64,000 bases of DNA from Trypanosoma brucei (GCA_000002445.1 CP000070.1:1312001-1376000), one strand, 5' to 3'; numbered from the stretch's first letter, positions 1 to 11,534 are shown. Notes: generated from the letters alone by a model not told the origin. Translations and numbers: made by a program.

Positions 1-915
1 TCCTACTGCGACGCCAGCGGCCGGCGCAGGGCGAACCTGCGGCAGCTGACCATCCCCCACGCCCCACGACAAGCTCCCATTCCACCACCATGCGGCCATG
101 CCCCAGTGGTACAACACCGACGGAACTGACGCACCCCCATTTTCACTGGCGAATTTCGAATGCACCAATGGCGCGCCACGCACGGTGGCCTTTACAGTGT
201 GAATCCGCTCCATCCTCCGGGAGAGAAGGTGCACGGAGTGAGCAAACACCGTCGACCAAACTATCCGTCCCGAAACCTTCAGAGGCCTGAAGACAAGCAT
301 TTCTTGTTTTTTCGTGGTACTCCCCGCCTTGCACTACCACACCGTCCCGACAGCGACCCTCTGCGCATCTTGGTTGCCACACCCACCCTATTGAATGGAG
401 GAGTCCCTATTGCGAGCGGTGAGCCTAAACTAACCGCACAGGTGGCCCCAAATGGGCAAAGCACGTTGTCGTATTTCCCCCTTCTTCTTAATATGTGTGT
501 CTTTCCCTCCTTATACATGGCATTTGCTTTTGCTCACCCTGAAGGAGGGGCCCTTTTTCTTGGTCTCGCTTCTTATTGTTGTGTTTTGGTCAAATAGTGT
601 TTTCCCGTGAGCGTACCACGTTGTAACACCATCCCTTCAAATCATTTAATCACTCATGCGTGCGATGTCCCGGAGGGCTCGATTTCTCTTCCATCACGCG
701 GGATGACCCTCCCCTGACCACAAGCTGAACAAAACATCCTATTGCTTGTTGCACCTCAAGAGGTGATGGGTCGGCCGCGCCTTCTTCAGGATGTCGCTAC
801 CGGTCCTGTTGGACAGCCCTCCGTCTACAATGCTCCCCGTCGGACCATGTAACATTTCCATCGTGCTTTTATCATTTATGAATGTTGAGAATAACCACGG
901 TCCGGCCTCGTAGCG

Positions 916-941
916 CACACACACACACACACACACACACA
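916..941. repeat. (CA)13 dinucleotide microsatellite
   Basis: Uninterrupted cacaca... run read directly in the ORF-poor leader region. Confidence 0.9.
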
Positions 942-3900
942 GCTGCACCAACCCCTGATGGAATCTCCAGAATACTCATGTGACCCAGTCCGGTGAAAAA
1001 ACCGCTCCTAACTTTACCAGCATGAGCCTGGTTATTATGGACACTTCTTGCGCACACAACTCCACGACTCATACAGGCTTCGTTGTGTGGCCCGGTTACT
1101 TTGGCGCCTTCCTCAACGCATACCTCTACGGGTCACCATAAGATTTAGTGAAGGGCGCGTTATCCCCCGAAACGGTATGCGCCCGCTTTGGTAGTTTAAA
1201 CTTCAATGAAGTCATCTTTTGATCACTAGGTATCGTGGACAGGTCCAGCCCGTGGGGTTACATTTCAGCTTCCGTCAACCCTCCTCTGTTTGCGTTAGCA
1301 TAAGGTTGCCGGCGGGGAAAAGGTTTAATATATTCTGTTTACATTGGTTAGTAACTCAGTGGATCTATCGTTCACGGCCATGAACAGAACAAAGTCGGAC
1401 ACCGTTCTTTTTGCCACACGGTACGGCTATATGGGGCCTTCCCAAAGTACTGTCGGTTTATAATGACTCTCGCCATCTTGTTGGGTGAAAGTTTCTTACC
1501 CACCACATAATTTGTAGATTAGAAAAAAACTTTCTCGGCCGCTCAGAAAATGGCAACATTTCCCATGGGTTCAAACTAACGAGTGTAGAGTATGAATTTC
1601 ACCGTGGCGAGCACCGTCGATTCGTACCAAGTTGCGTCTCCAATCAACTGAGTTATGGATCCTACTGCCAAATGTTGGCGCAGAAACCTTTCTCTTTTGT
1701 ATACGCAACTGACAGTCAACAGAGTCCACAAATCTCCTTTGAATCAACTACTGCATTGCTTTGTAATTGGCGCAGGTGGTCGCTGTTAGTTTTTGACGAT
1801 GCCATGACAGAAATCCCCTTGCTTTCCCCTAACGCCAGTTCAATAGCTTCACACTTCCACTTCCCGACACTCCTCAGCATTTTCGATTCCCGTTGAGTAG
1901 TTGTTTACCTGTAGTTTAGCCCGTTTACCTCCATGTGCTTTAGTTGGTACACCATACACGCCATTTTCTTCAGCAGAAGAAGGAAATTTCGATCTTCCTG
2001 TGGCAACAATCGGCTCAACCATGCGAAACAGTTTGTGTTTCGCGTCTTCTCAACCTCTGGCACGTTCTTTACCGGGGCATCCGAGAGTTTTGTCTGTCGT
2101 TGGTGGCACATTTTTGACCTTGGTTGCGGCTACCGCTCCTTCTATCAGCGTCTTGCCGTTTATCACTGGTGGAAGGGTTGGTCCCCATTCTGGGGCGTGC
2201 ACCGCGTTCGAAAACTTGCGGCCGCTTTTTTTCTGTTGCCGACGATTTGGGTACATGATCTTTCCATTTTTTAAAGGCTAGTACATGCATGACATGTATC
2301 CTAACTTCAAAGAGGTCGCCTTTCCCTTGCACCTGTGGGAGATTATCAGCTTCCTAGTTTAGTTCTGAAAAACTACTGTTCATAGTAAGAGAAATTACTG
2401 GTCTACAGCTATGGATATTCCTCACTAGAGAGTCGCACATTGCTACGTGCATCCTGTCCCCATTTCAGTTTATACACGCTTCCATCTTGCAGAGCACTTT
2501 CCTCTTCCCTGTTACCCACCGTTTCTTGGATTATATACAGGTTGCCTCTTTTGATGAGAAGTGGGAGCTTCGATGAGCGGTTGGCATTATTTTTTCAACT
2601 CCTGACCCGGCGATGGCATGGAAGACTCTCGAACTGCGGTTGTAGTTCAGCCTGAGCGCGGCGTTCTTCTGCGGCACATCACAATTCTATTGGGAACTAC
2701 TGTCCGGGGCGAATTTGGTTCTTCAATTTTTTCTCCTTGCAATTGTCCCTGTGTGGACGACTCCCATTTCGTCATCCACAAACCAATTTGAGGTTGTCTT
2801 GCCTCTGTGAGTTCGTGAGATATGTTTGTCTTATGTAGGATGGTGGAAAATAACGTTCACCCGGTTAATGATCTCAGCCTTTCCGTGCCCGTTGTGGCGT
2901 TCTCCAGAAAGCGGTTGGGCGCAACGGTGAGCTTTACATGGCGGTCAACCGCCACCATGGTGGTTGCGTCTCCCATCAATTTCGGAGTTGACGACCCCTT
3001 TAGTAACTTCCACTACGTCCAGGACGAGGCATAGGCTCTGGGGACTCCGTTTTCAGTGCGTGCGTGTCCGCAACGCTTATATCCCATCACATTAAAGCAA
3101 AGGCTTTCCCCTCGGCTGAACCGCGTTTCTCAGGGAACGCAGAAAGTCACTTCGCCCTTTCGCAACGTTTCCACCGGGACGACCTCCTTCGATTGGGGCC
3201 GGAACATTTTATATCTCACTGAGCCGCGCGGGTGCCGGAACCAGTGGATTGACTGGGACCTTCGGCAAGTAACAGAGTGAGGCCGCGGGGATCTTGCGTA
3301 TGGACTTGTTGGCATGTGCTTCGGTGCAACTCGAGCTGCGTTGGACCCCCGGTGGCCGGCAGTCCGCCGTGCGTCGGCGCGGCCGCGGGTAACCCGAGGC
3401 AATTGCCATTCCATTCTTTCTGGGAGGGCTTTGACACGTCGGGGTTTATGTGTACGGCCGGCGGCTAACCTAACTGCCACGAAAGAACAACTCCAATAAG
3501 TTGTTTCCGTCTTGATTCTCGAGGTTTCAGGGATCCCGTATTAAACCATCCGGCGTGGGGGCGCACGGTCAAAGTCTTCTTTCCACATGCGGTGTGATTG
3601 ACTGCGAGGTCGTGGGTACCCGGAGATAGTTTGAGGGTAGCTCCCCTTTGTAAGCTTTCCCCCCGCCCGCGCTACGGTTACTTCCGTCTTCTTTCCACAA
3701 TGGGATATTCCCAGTGGAATGGGTTCCGGGGCCTTATCACCTCTCGTGCGGGAAAATTCTGACTCTTTGTGCCCTGTGGGGTTGTCTTTGATGACGGGGT
3801 CGGAGTTATCTTGAGACAATTTCACATTTCCTTCCCCCAATACGTTCTGTCGGGCGATGTGTTCTCGTACGGTTGCCCCTGCGTTGCGTTCAACTGGTTG

Positions 3901-4181
3901 ATCCTCGCGCCCGTTGCGCCTTACACGGAGTTTTGAGCCCCCCTTCAGGGTTCTGGGCGTTACCGGCAGCTGGGTGGTGGTTGCGGCTCCTTGCCATGAG
4001 TTTCATGTCCAGTGGACGCTGGAAGACATCTGAGGCAGCGCTCATTTTGATAGTATTGGCTATGTTGCTGTTTCTGACGTGTGTGTGGGAGGCTTCGCTT
4101 AGGTCGCTGATGGTGTTGCCGCTTTTTAAAAGTTCGGTCGAAAGGCGCGATGGGGGTGAGGCGCCGTGTGTGCACATAAAC

Positions 4182-4207
4182 TGTGTTTGTGTGTGTGTGT
4201 GTGTGTG
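4182..4207. repeat. (TG)n microsatellite, imperfect
   Basis: tgtgtttgtgtgtgtgtgtgtgtgtg read directly; complementary in composition to the (CA)n run at 916. Confidence 0.85.
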
Positions 4208-6041
4208 ATGGAGGAGCGACTTAGCTCCACCAACGCTGAGAGAAGTGGTTTTAATCTAGTGGTTACTGCCGCTTTGGATTTCCCCTACTGGCGCCAATTC
4301 TGTTATTTGTGCCAGGTAATGGATAATTTGGGATGAGGGTATTGTTTTAATGTTGATGAGAGGCCGCACATGTTTTTTCCCTCTCGCCAATAGCTTGCAT
4401 TTCCAAAAATTTATTATATACCCTGAAAAATTGGCGGCATTTACCTCAATACACTGCTGCGTTCTGTATCTGGACGGTTGGTGCGTACCCCAGAAAAATA
4501 CGTAGCTCCTTTGAGTTATGTGTGGATGTTGTCCATTTATGCCACTGTTTCCCCTACCTATGTGGGGGGACTTGGTATCTTTGTGTTTTTGCCCATTATG
4601 AGGTAAAGCTATTGACGTGGTTTGCTGCGCACTTTCTGTTAAGTATGTTCGAGCTATCGTGTTCATGCGATCAATTTACGATCCCTATAACGGGTTATAT
4701 ATTGGGTTTCTTAGTTGTTGTTGTTTTTGAAGAAAGCGTGTGTCGGGGACGAGCGGCTGTTACAAACTAGGAGTTAAGACCGTCAGTCGTGTATATTTTT
4801 TGCGGTGCTGAATTCATGTGCCATCACTTACATCTTTTTCGTATGATTAATTTTTTTTTTTTGCCGAATCAGATTATCTGTTTATTGGAGGGTATTGGAG
4901 TGCCTTCGCTTTTGTTTAGCATTTTCCCGATTTCTGTTACTGGTTGGTTGGTCTACCGTTTTCCTGCGTAAATGGCGTAGGCGACGTGCTAACATAATTT
5001 GTGTTTCACTTACTGCGGTGCTGTGGGCAAGAAAAAGACCTACTTATGGACGTGAGCCTTTCGAACTATTGGAAAACAGTGGTTTCACTCAGTAAGGCTG
5101 CATCAGTTTTGCTACTGTCGTACATTTGAGAGTGCTCTCGACGCTTTTCGACCGAATTTTTTTTTAAAAAACTTCGTTGAAGTGTTTTCACGGCCATGCG
5201 CGTATGAATAGTAGGAACATTCGTGTATATATGTGCGAAAGTTTCTGTTTTTTTTGTTGATGATTCAGTCTCTTGACTGACGCCTTACCCTTTTTGGTGT
5301 TGATGTATCATATTAGGCCAGGAAAAGAAGGGGGAGGGGTTCACCAATCTACATTCGTACCGACCATTGCCACTAGAATCCATATGGGTAAATATTTGTA
5401 ATCAACTTTTGAGGAACTAGTACTATATCTTATTTCTCTAGAAGGAGGCTAACTACTGAGTGGGGTGATCCACTTTATAGTTTATAACTCACGGACAAAC
5501 AAACCCGTTCCTATCCTTGATTGAGTTTGGCTTGTTCTACCGGCCCTTATAAACACAAAGCTACTGTTGTCGGAAATTCGTAAAGAAAGCCGACTGTCGT
5601 TTCTTTGCTTTTTCGTTATACGTGGTTGCACTCTTTGTTGATACTTTTGTCAATGTTATCTTATGCATAATGCTAAAGCACGAAATGTACCCTAATTCAA
5701 GTTGTTGTAATGTGTTGCTGGCTTCGACATATTACAGATGAATGCCCCCTTTCTACTATAAGACACCGTTTACCTCCCCCCTGACAACAGTGGAGAGAGT
5801 TTGCCAGATACGCCGCCAGCGGTTAAGTCCGTTGTGGAAATAGCATCAACAGGATGGATGTAGGCGATGATGAGTAAGCGTTAAATCTTCTCATAGACGT
5901 TGTGAGAAACAGTGTCTCACAGTTAAATAAATATTGGCTCGCTGGTGTGGGGACTTCTTGCCACCAGAGCCTGCGTGGGCTGACAATGTTGTCGGGCATT
6001 ACCTTTGAAATATTTCTGTTTAATTTTGAGATATATCATGA

Positions 6042-6070
6042 TTTTTCTTCCCCCCTCCTTTTTTCTTTAG
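6042..6070 (+). promoter_or_regulatory. Polypyrimidine tract plus AG, candidate trans-splice acceptor for the GS gene
   Basis: ttcttcccccctccttttttctttAG ends 36 nt upstream of the first ATG that gives a GS-like N-terminus. This is the usual kinetoplastid pre-mRNA processing context. Confidence 0.4.
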
Positions 6071-6105
6071 CCATTCGCATCGTGATTGCTTGTGGAATTC
6101 CGTCA

Positions 6106-7251
6106 ATGACAAACTCTTCAGTGCAGCAGGTTGGTTGCCGGGTAACATACATATGGCTTTCTGGAAAGGATTCGCATCACGATATTCGCAGCAAGGACAG
6201 AACCATATATATTTCACCTGATGATTTGGAAAAGGACCCCAAAGAGCTTCTCCGTTTGGATATGTTCCCTGTATGGAATTTTGACGGTTCCTCAACAGGT
6301 CAAGCTGAAGGATTAATAACTGAAATTCACATCAAGCCTGTAAATGCGTACCACTGTTGCATTCCCCGTGCTTCCTCTTCAGTACCATGGATAGTTGTAC
6401 TCGCTGAATGCTTTTTACCGACCGGCGAACCCACACCCGATAACTCGCGGGCGGTAGCTCGTCGCATATTTGATAAAGGGCTCGGTACCCATCCATGGTT
6501 TGGGATGGAACAGGAATATTTCTTGGTAAAAGACGGACATCCCTATGGTTGGTGTCCCACTTGTCCCCCCGCGTCCCAGGGACCTTACTACTGCGCAACT
6601 GGCTCTGAATGTATCCGAGGTCGGAAACATGTTGATTTGCATTATGAGGTTTGCCTGCAAATGGGACTCAAGATATGTGGCACAAATGCTGAAGTTGCAT
6701 TTGGACAGTGGGAATTTCAAGTCGGGCCGTGCGAAGGGATCGAAATGGGTGATCAGCTTGTTGTGGCTAGGTGGGTGTTGCTACGAATTTTGGAGCTTGA
6801 AGGGTTGGATGCAGATTTTCGTGCAAAGCCTATTTTGGGCGACTGGAACGGTAGCGGACTTCACACCAACTTCTCAACAGAGGCCACTCGGGCACCGGGT
6901 GGTTTGGAAGTCATTTATCAATATATTGAAAGATTAAAGGAAACTTCGTCCAAGGATATAATTTTTTATGGAGTTGACAATAACGAGCGGTTAATAGGGA
7001 AGCACGAGACCTCAAAATTAAATGAAACAACGTTTGGAATAGGTACACGGGGGACCTCAATTCGAATTCCTACCGCTGTGGCTGCCGCACAAAGTGGTTA
7101 TATGGAGGATCGCCGGCCTGCGGCAGGGGCTGATCCATACTTGGTGTCATCAAGGCTCTTTGCATCATGCCTATCAGTGGACGCCGTTGAACTGGATTTT
7201 TCATCTCCTCGACACGAGCGGGAGTGGATGGCAAGTACTTCTAAGGTGTAG
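6106..7251 (+). CDS. GS: Glutamine synthetase, eukaryotic type II (381 aa)
   Basis: The translation carries GS-II signatures WNFDGSSTGQAEG, HPWFGMEQEYFL, QGPYYC, GTNAEVAFGQWEFQVGPC, NGSGLHTNFST and RIPTAVA...GYMEDRRPAAGADPY. Start is the first ATG (MTNSSVQQ) after the polypyrimidine/AG. The track's longer GTG-initiated extension encodes hydrophobic non-GS sequence. Confidence 0.9.
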   Translation: MTNSSVQQVGCRVTYIWLSGKDSHHDIRSKDRTIYISPDDLEKDPKELLRLDMFPVWNFDGSSTGQAEGLITEIHIKPVNAYHCCIPRASSSVPWIVVLAECFLPTGEPTPDNSRAVARRIFDKGLGTHPWFGMEQEYFLVKDGHPYGWCPTCPPASQGPYYCATGSECIRGRKHVDLHYEVCLQMGLKICGTNAEVAFGQWEFQVGPCEGIEMGDQLVVARWVLLRILELEGLDADFRAKPILGDWNGSGLHTNFSTEATRAPGGLEVIYQYIERLKETSSKDIIFYGVDNNERLIGKHETSKLNETTFGIGTRGTSIRIPTAVAAAQSGYMEDRRPAAGADPYLVSSRLFASCLSVDAVELDFSSPRHEREWMASTSKV

Positions 7252-7643
7252 CGTCTAATAGGAAAATGTTCTTGAATGAGTTTGTGCAAAGAATGTGTCC
7301 GCGAAGCTCGGGCGTATCGTTTTTTCTGTCAGCGGAGCGTCAACTTATTTAACTTAACTCAACCGATGTTGAGAAATCCCTCTGTCGTTTAGGAACTTTG
7401 TTGTGCATTCATTTTTTTATTGTTACGTTATTCTTTGACCTTTTTTTTTTTAACTGTCAGTTTGTTCGTATATATTTTTTCTATGTGATAACACTAATAT
7501 CTGGTAGAGTGTCCTGGAGAGGGAGAGGGAGAGAAAGAGAAGATTAATCTAATCCGTTATAAATGAACGCAATGGTTGTCGGTTGAGTTTTCGTAACCAA
7601 AAAGAAATCGAACGCCTTTGCTCTACCCGTTGCTGCTGTTCTT

Positions 7644-7663
7644 GGGGGGGGGGGGGAGGGGAG
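7644..7663. repeat. Poly-G tract (G13 then aggggag)
   Basis: Homopolymer read directly in the GS-ZnF intergenic region; has G-quadruplex potential. Confidence 0.8.
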
Positions 7664-7804
7664 CCTGTCATAGGCTATATGACCACTGTCCCCATTGTGG
7701 TGTTGGAGATCTCTTTCCTCCTTAACTCTGAGCTGTTATGATCCCTCTTTATTCATTTTATTGGTTTCCATGACGCGGGTAGGTGCCAGACAAAGGTAAC
7801 ATTC

Positions 7805-8992
7805 ATGCCTGGTTGCCTTTCGGCGCTGGCGTCGCATGTGGAATCAGCATCTGTGGTCAGTACCAAGTCGAAACGTAAAAGGAAAAGTAAGAAGAAGGCT
7901 TTGTACGACCAATATCTTGCTGACTCAGGCAGCGAAGACTCATCTGAACTGAGCAAAAATGTGAACGGAACTCCAAGCAAGTATGAATATGAAGAATTTG
8001 AACCCGGTATGGATATAAATATTCTCATTCAACAAACTATTCAGAATGTTGTGCAGAGCGTATGTTTAGAAGATTGTGACGGCCTATCACAATTTGGCGA
8101 CAATGATTTAATTTGTTTTAGCGCGGCAGTGAAACATAATAGTTCTATTCTTTCTCTTCAAATCCGGTACCTTGATGTTTCGGATGTGTCACTTGTACCT
8201 CTGTGCCGTGCACTTGAGTGCCATCCTTCTATTCGGGCTCTGGATCTATCGGGGACCAGGGGTGGCCGCCCCTCTGTCAAAGCGGTCTTTCAACTTGTGT
8301 GCACAAATCCTAATATATTGTTTGTTCGCCTGGACGATACGATGGTATCCCCACACGACGCTGAGGATATAAGGGTTGCTACCCTATATAATGCTTTGGC
8401 ATGCCCTGATCCCACTAACAATCCCTTTTATTTAGGGTTGTTGCGAAAAATAAGCGACATAGAAGAGGAAAAGCAGAAATACAAAGAACAGCTATCGGAA
8501 CAGTTGTGGCTTTTTTCAAGTCGACCCCAAAACAATTTAAATTCGGGTAAGGAGAAAAAGGTTGGATTCAGTGAAAAGGTATCAGAGTCTCGAATAGGCG
8601 CTGATGTTTGTGCACAGTTTATGTCTGGGAGGTGTGCATACGGGTCACGGTGCAGGTACATTCACCCTGATAAGACCACCGCACTTAGGAACGCAATTGC
8701 CCTTAGTAAATATAAGATGGCGCAGATGATCGATGACGACGCGAAATCAGTTAAAAGCAGCGCAACTTCCCTTGGACAGACTGGAAGGGGTAGGTTGCAG
8801 AGTAGACTTCGTCCAACGAATTTTACTATGAATAAAGTGCATTGTGCGGTCGCCACTGTGCATGAAGGTTCGGTTGAACAGTGTAGTGCAGGCTCGAACG
8901 AGGAAGCGGCTGACGTAGCTTTGAGGTTGTCCATTTGGACATTTGCTCTTGTTACTGCTGTTTGCAGTGTTGTGCTGATCGTGGTTTACTGA
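7805..8992 (+). CDS. CCCH zinc-finger protein with leucine-rich-repeat-like region and C-terminal hydrophobic anchor (395 aa)
   Basis: ATG start. Single C-x7-C-x5-C-x3-H motif (CAQFMSGRCAYGSRCRYIH). LRR-like LSLQIRYLDVSDVSLVPLCRALECHPSIRALDLSG. The last ~22 residues (LSIWTFALVTAVCSVVLIVVY) are predicted transmembrane. Basic KRKRKSKKK stretch near the N-terminus. Confidence 0.6.
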   Translation: MPGCLSALASHVESASVVSTKSKRKRKSKKKALYDQYLADSGSEDSSELSKNVNGTPSKYEYEEFEPGMDINILIQQTIQNVVQSVCLEDCDGLSQFGDNDLICFSAAVKHNSSILSLQIRYLDVSDVSLVPLCRALECHPSIRALDLSGTRGGRPSVKAVFQLVCTNPNILFVRLDDTMVSPHDAEDIRVATLYNALACPDPTNNPFYLGLLRKISDIEEEKQKYKEQLSEQLWLFSSRPQNNLNSGKEKKVGFSEKVSESRIGADVCAQFMSGRCAYGSRCRYIHPDKTTALRNAIALSKYKMAQMIDDDAKSVKSSATSLGQTGRGRLQSRLRPTNFTMNKVHCAVATVHEGSVEQCSAGSNEEAADVALRLSIWTFALVTAVCSVVLIVVY

Positions 8993-9293
8993 TGAGCCGT
9001 GTAATGGGTTTGTATATGTTCTTTTTTTTTTTGTTAAATCTGGGTGTCGAGGTGTGTAATGCAAATGGGTACGGTAAATTCCACGGGGTTCCACTTGCGG
9101 ATGTTCATTTTTGAGGAAAAAAAATATGCAAACCTACTTTCTGTTTACTACCATCGGGTACTTATAACAGAGCTATAATTTAGTGACAACACTGAACTAC
9201 CGCAGGTTATCGGCAACCAAATTTGTGGCGAGGTATTTTAGGAGAATAATCTCTTTCTTTGAAAGACATACACGTGGTGTACGGCACAACTCA

Positions 9294-11534
9294 ATGTCTG
9301 GTTCTTTCCGAAAAATATGTGAGCCTCCTGTTATGGAGGGTATCGAAGTTTCTGCGTTGGACATACGTAGTCGTCGGCAATTTAGAACCACAGGATCCGA
9401 TGTGATGGAAAAGTATATTTCATCGTCTTTTTTACCTATATTAAGGGAGATTATTCCTCACAGTGATAATCCACCGGGGTTTGGTGGGTGCTGGTTTTGG
9501 GGTTGTTACTTCCATGGTTTGTACGGTGAAGATATGTTGGTTGACCTAAACGGAACGGGAGTCAGTTTATCGGAAGATCCATTAGATACACAGGTTGCAC
9601 TGAGGAAGAAGTCGTTTTCATTGGCGGGAGACGAGTCAAATAAGGTTATTTTAGAGCACTGCTGCTCTAAGCTGGAAGCGCTATGTGGTTTGTGTCTTTC
9701 TGTGGTTCTACATGTAGCACGACAACCGATGTTGGAGGATGGGGAGGGACCGCAAGCGTTAGTGTTGTGTGCTACCAAGGACCAATGCGATGAAGTGCAC
9801 GAGCTCATAGATCGTTTCGGATCTGGTCTTCATTTAGTTACACACAATCTGTTTGGTGCGTACCCACCGATGCCAGCGGAAAGAAGAGCAGACATCGTCG
9901 TGGGTACTCTGCCGCTGTGGGAAAGCGTGGTACACCTCGCCCCTCGCAGCAGTCAGGATGAACTTGAAGAAATTTTATATCATTTGCCGTACGATACGAA
10001 CAGGGCGGCGTCAACAACACGGTGGCGACCATATTCTCTCGCTTTTGTTACTCAGTTGTTGCTTATCGATTTGGATTTGCAGCATTCACTCGGTTATTGG
10101 CCATTACTGCTACACCTGTTCGCTAAGCAGGGGCAGCTCACCCCGTCGATTCCACGCCGACCAAACGGCAGTGAAGGTCTCAAAGGGAGCCAGTGTTCGT
10201 ATGTTCACGGTGCCGTGCTTCCTAAGGAATGCCAGGTCTACTGTTTGGTGGACGGGTGCGGCGAGGGACGAAAGCTTTTTGGGACCTTGCTTGACTCTCG
10301 CAAACGTGATTATGCCTTGGAAAGCATAGAGCTTGCTTGCATCAGTTTGAGGGCCCAGTCTTTGAACATGAATGCACGAGCTATGGATTCTGCGAACTTA
10401 TATGCACAGGGGAGGACACGCCAGGATAGCAATGACGAGAGCAGTGATGCGAAAAGGGTGGAAAAATACATTCCACGGTTAGAAGTGTACAACGCGCTCT
10501 CGCACTCTCGGCTGCTGGTAGATGCTAGTGCCCTTGCTGAATTTGCTGCCGAGGCGGTCCGTTGTGCCCTCTCTTTTTGGTCGAGGTTTGAGGGGACGCC
10601 ACACACTGAGGACGTGGAAAACGCTTCTTCTGTCGTTGATGTTAGTTTGGCATACACATGCATAAATTCAGGTAGGTATTCCGGAGAAGGAGAGAGCGCG
10701 TGGTTTGTCACTAAAATGATGGCCGTAATAACACCAACCGAACACACAGCGATGCACCCCTCACGGACAACATTGCTTATAAAGCACTTGGCAGATGAGT
10801 TTTCGGGTCAGATATTCGATGGGGGTGTTTTGCAGTGTTTTTGCCGTTGCCAAGCGATAGAGCCGGTAGATCCTTTGGACGTGGTGCTTGGACCCATGTT
10901 CTCTGCCACGGCGAAGTCGCTTTCCGGAGAGCCACTTTTTTTCCCCGCGTGTGGCACTGAGGTAGTGGATGGAGACATGAGCGTGGTGGCTCGACACCGG
11001 GCTGAGCTCCACAAAGCGGTTATGAAGGCATCGTCGACAACAAATGTGTCCACATTGTTTCCCCTGTACAAGTTTCTCAGCACCGTGCCGCGGCTACCGT
11101 GGAACACTGTTCTTGTTTTCCGTCGTATTGATTCGTCCAGTTCCCTATTTTGTGGAATCCAAGGGGAACATAAACCAACCGCACTCCTTTACCTCGAGGA
11201 GTGCTGCCAGTATGGGAAGGTCATTTCTTTTTTTGTATATCAGAGACTGGATGTCGAAGACGGTGCGGAGGGAAGTGTGGATTTTTTTGTCGAGTTCCAA
11301 ACTTGTGAGGGTGCAATAGAGGCTGTTAAGCAGTTCTCAATTCGTCTCGCCACCCAGAACCAGCGAGGTGAGGGAACAGCACAAGTCAGATTTTTCCCAA
11401 ACGATTTGTACTACGAGGGTGTCAGTGCTGAGCTCCGTAAACTGGGTGGCGGCAACACAAGATGTGACGAGGAGAGTGAGGCAATGGACAGTGACGAAGA
11501 TTTTTTTGGTATTTCGCTTCTAGCCGAGCGGTGA
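9294..11534 (+). CDS. Hypothetical protein with a degenerate DEAD-box-helicase-like core (747 aa from first ATG; true start uncertain)
   Basis: Track ORF starts with GTG at 9183; the first in-frame ATG is at 9294. ALVLCATKDQCDEV resembles motif Ia (PTRELA). IVVGTLPLWESV resembles motif Ib (GTPGRL). LLLIDLDLQHSL is a weak motif II. No intact Walker A (GSGKT) is visible. By-eye alignment only. Confidence 0.45.
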   Translation: MSGSFRKICEPPVMEGIEVSALDIRSRRQFRTTGSDVMEKYISSSFLPILREIIPHSDNPPGFGGCWFWGCYFHGLYGEDMLVDLNGTGVSLSEDPLDTQVALRKKSFSLAGDESNKVILEHCCSKLEALCGLCLSVVLHVARQPMLEDGEGPQALVLCATKDQCDEVHELIDRFGSGLHLVTHNLFGAYPPMPAERRADIVVGTLPLWESVVHLAPRSSQDELEEILYHLPYDTNRAASTTRWRPYSLAFVTQLLLIDLDLQHSLGYWPLLLHLFAKQGQLTPSIPRRPNGSEGLKGSQCSYVHGAVLPKECQVYCLVDGCGEGRKLFGTLLDSRKRDYALESIELACISLRAQSLNMNARAMDSANLYAQGRTRQDSNDESSDAKRVEKYIPRLEVYNALSHSRLLVDASALAEFAAEAVRCALSFWSRFEGTPHTEDVENASSVVDVSLAYTCINSGRYSGEGESAWFVTKMMAVITPTEHTAMHPSRTTLLIKHLADEFSGQIFDGGVLQCFCRCQAIEPVDPLDVVLGPMFSATAKSLSGEPLFFPACGTEVVDGDMSVVARHRAELHKAVMKASSTTNVSTLFPLYKFLSTVPRLPWNTVLVFRRIDSSSSLFCGIQGEHKPTALLYLEECCQYGKVISFFVYQRLDVEDGAEGSVDFFVEFQTCEGAIEAVKQFSIRLATQNQRGEGTAQVRFFPNDLYYEGVSAELRKLGGGNTRCDEESEAMDSDEDFFGISLLAER

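Noticed and set aside
1565-1590. aactaacg octamer resembling the 5' end of the kinetoplastid spliced leader
   Set aside because: Not followed by the rest of the SL exon/intron sequence. Isolated short match.
3880-3900. aactggttgatcctc resembling the 5' end of SSU rRNA (TGGTTGATCCTGCCAG)
   Set aside because: Only ~13 nt of similarity with no continuation; not an rRNA gene.
60-5200. Hypothesis that the ORF-poor leader is a degenerate ingi/RIME-type non-LTR retroelement (~5 kb)
   Set aside because: The size is suggestive. I could not find reverse-transcriptase (YxDD), endonuclease or CCHH motifs in any frame by eye, and there is no terminal poly(A). Unverifiable without a repeat-library search, so I have not called it.
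5902-6105. Upstream 68-codon extension of the GS ORF in the track (GTG start)
   Set aside because: Encodes hydrophobic, non-GS sequence. The polypyrimidine/AG splice-acceptor context at 6042-6070 lies inside it. The first ATG at 6106 gives a normal GS N-terminus.
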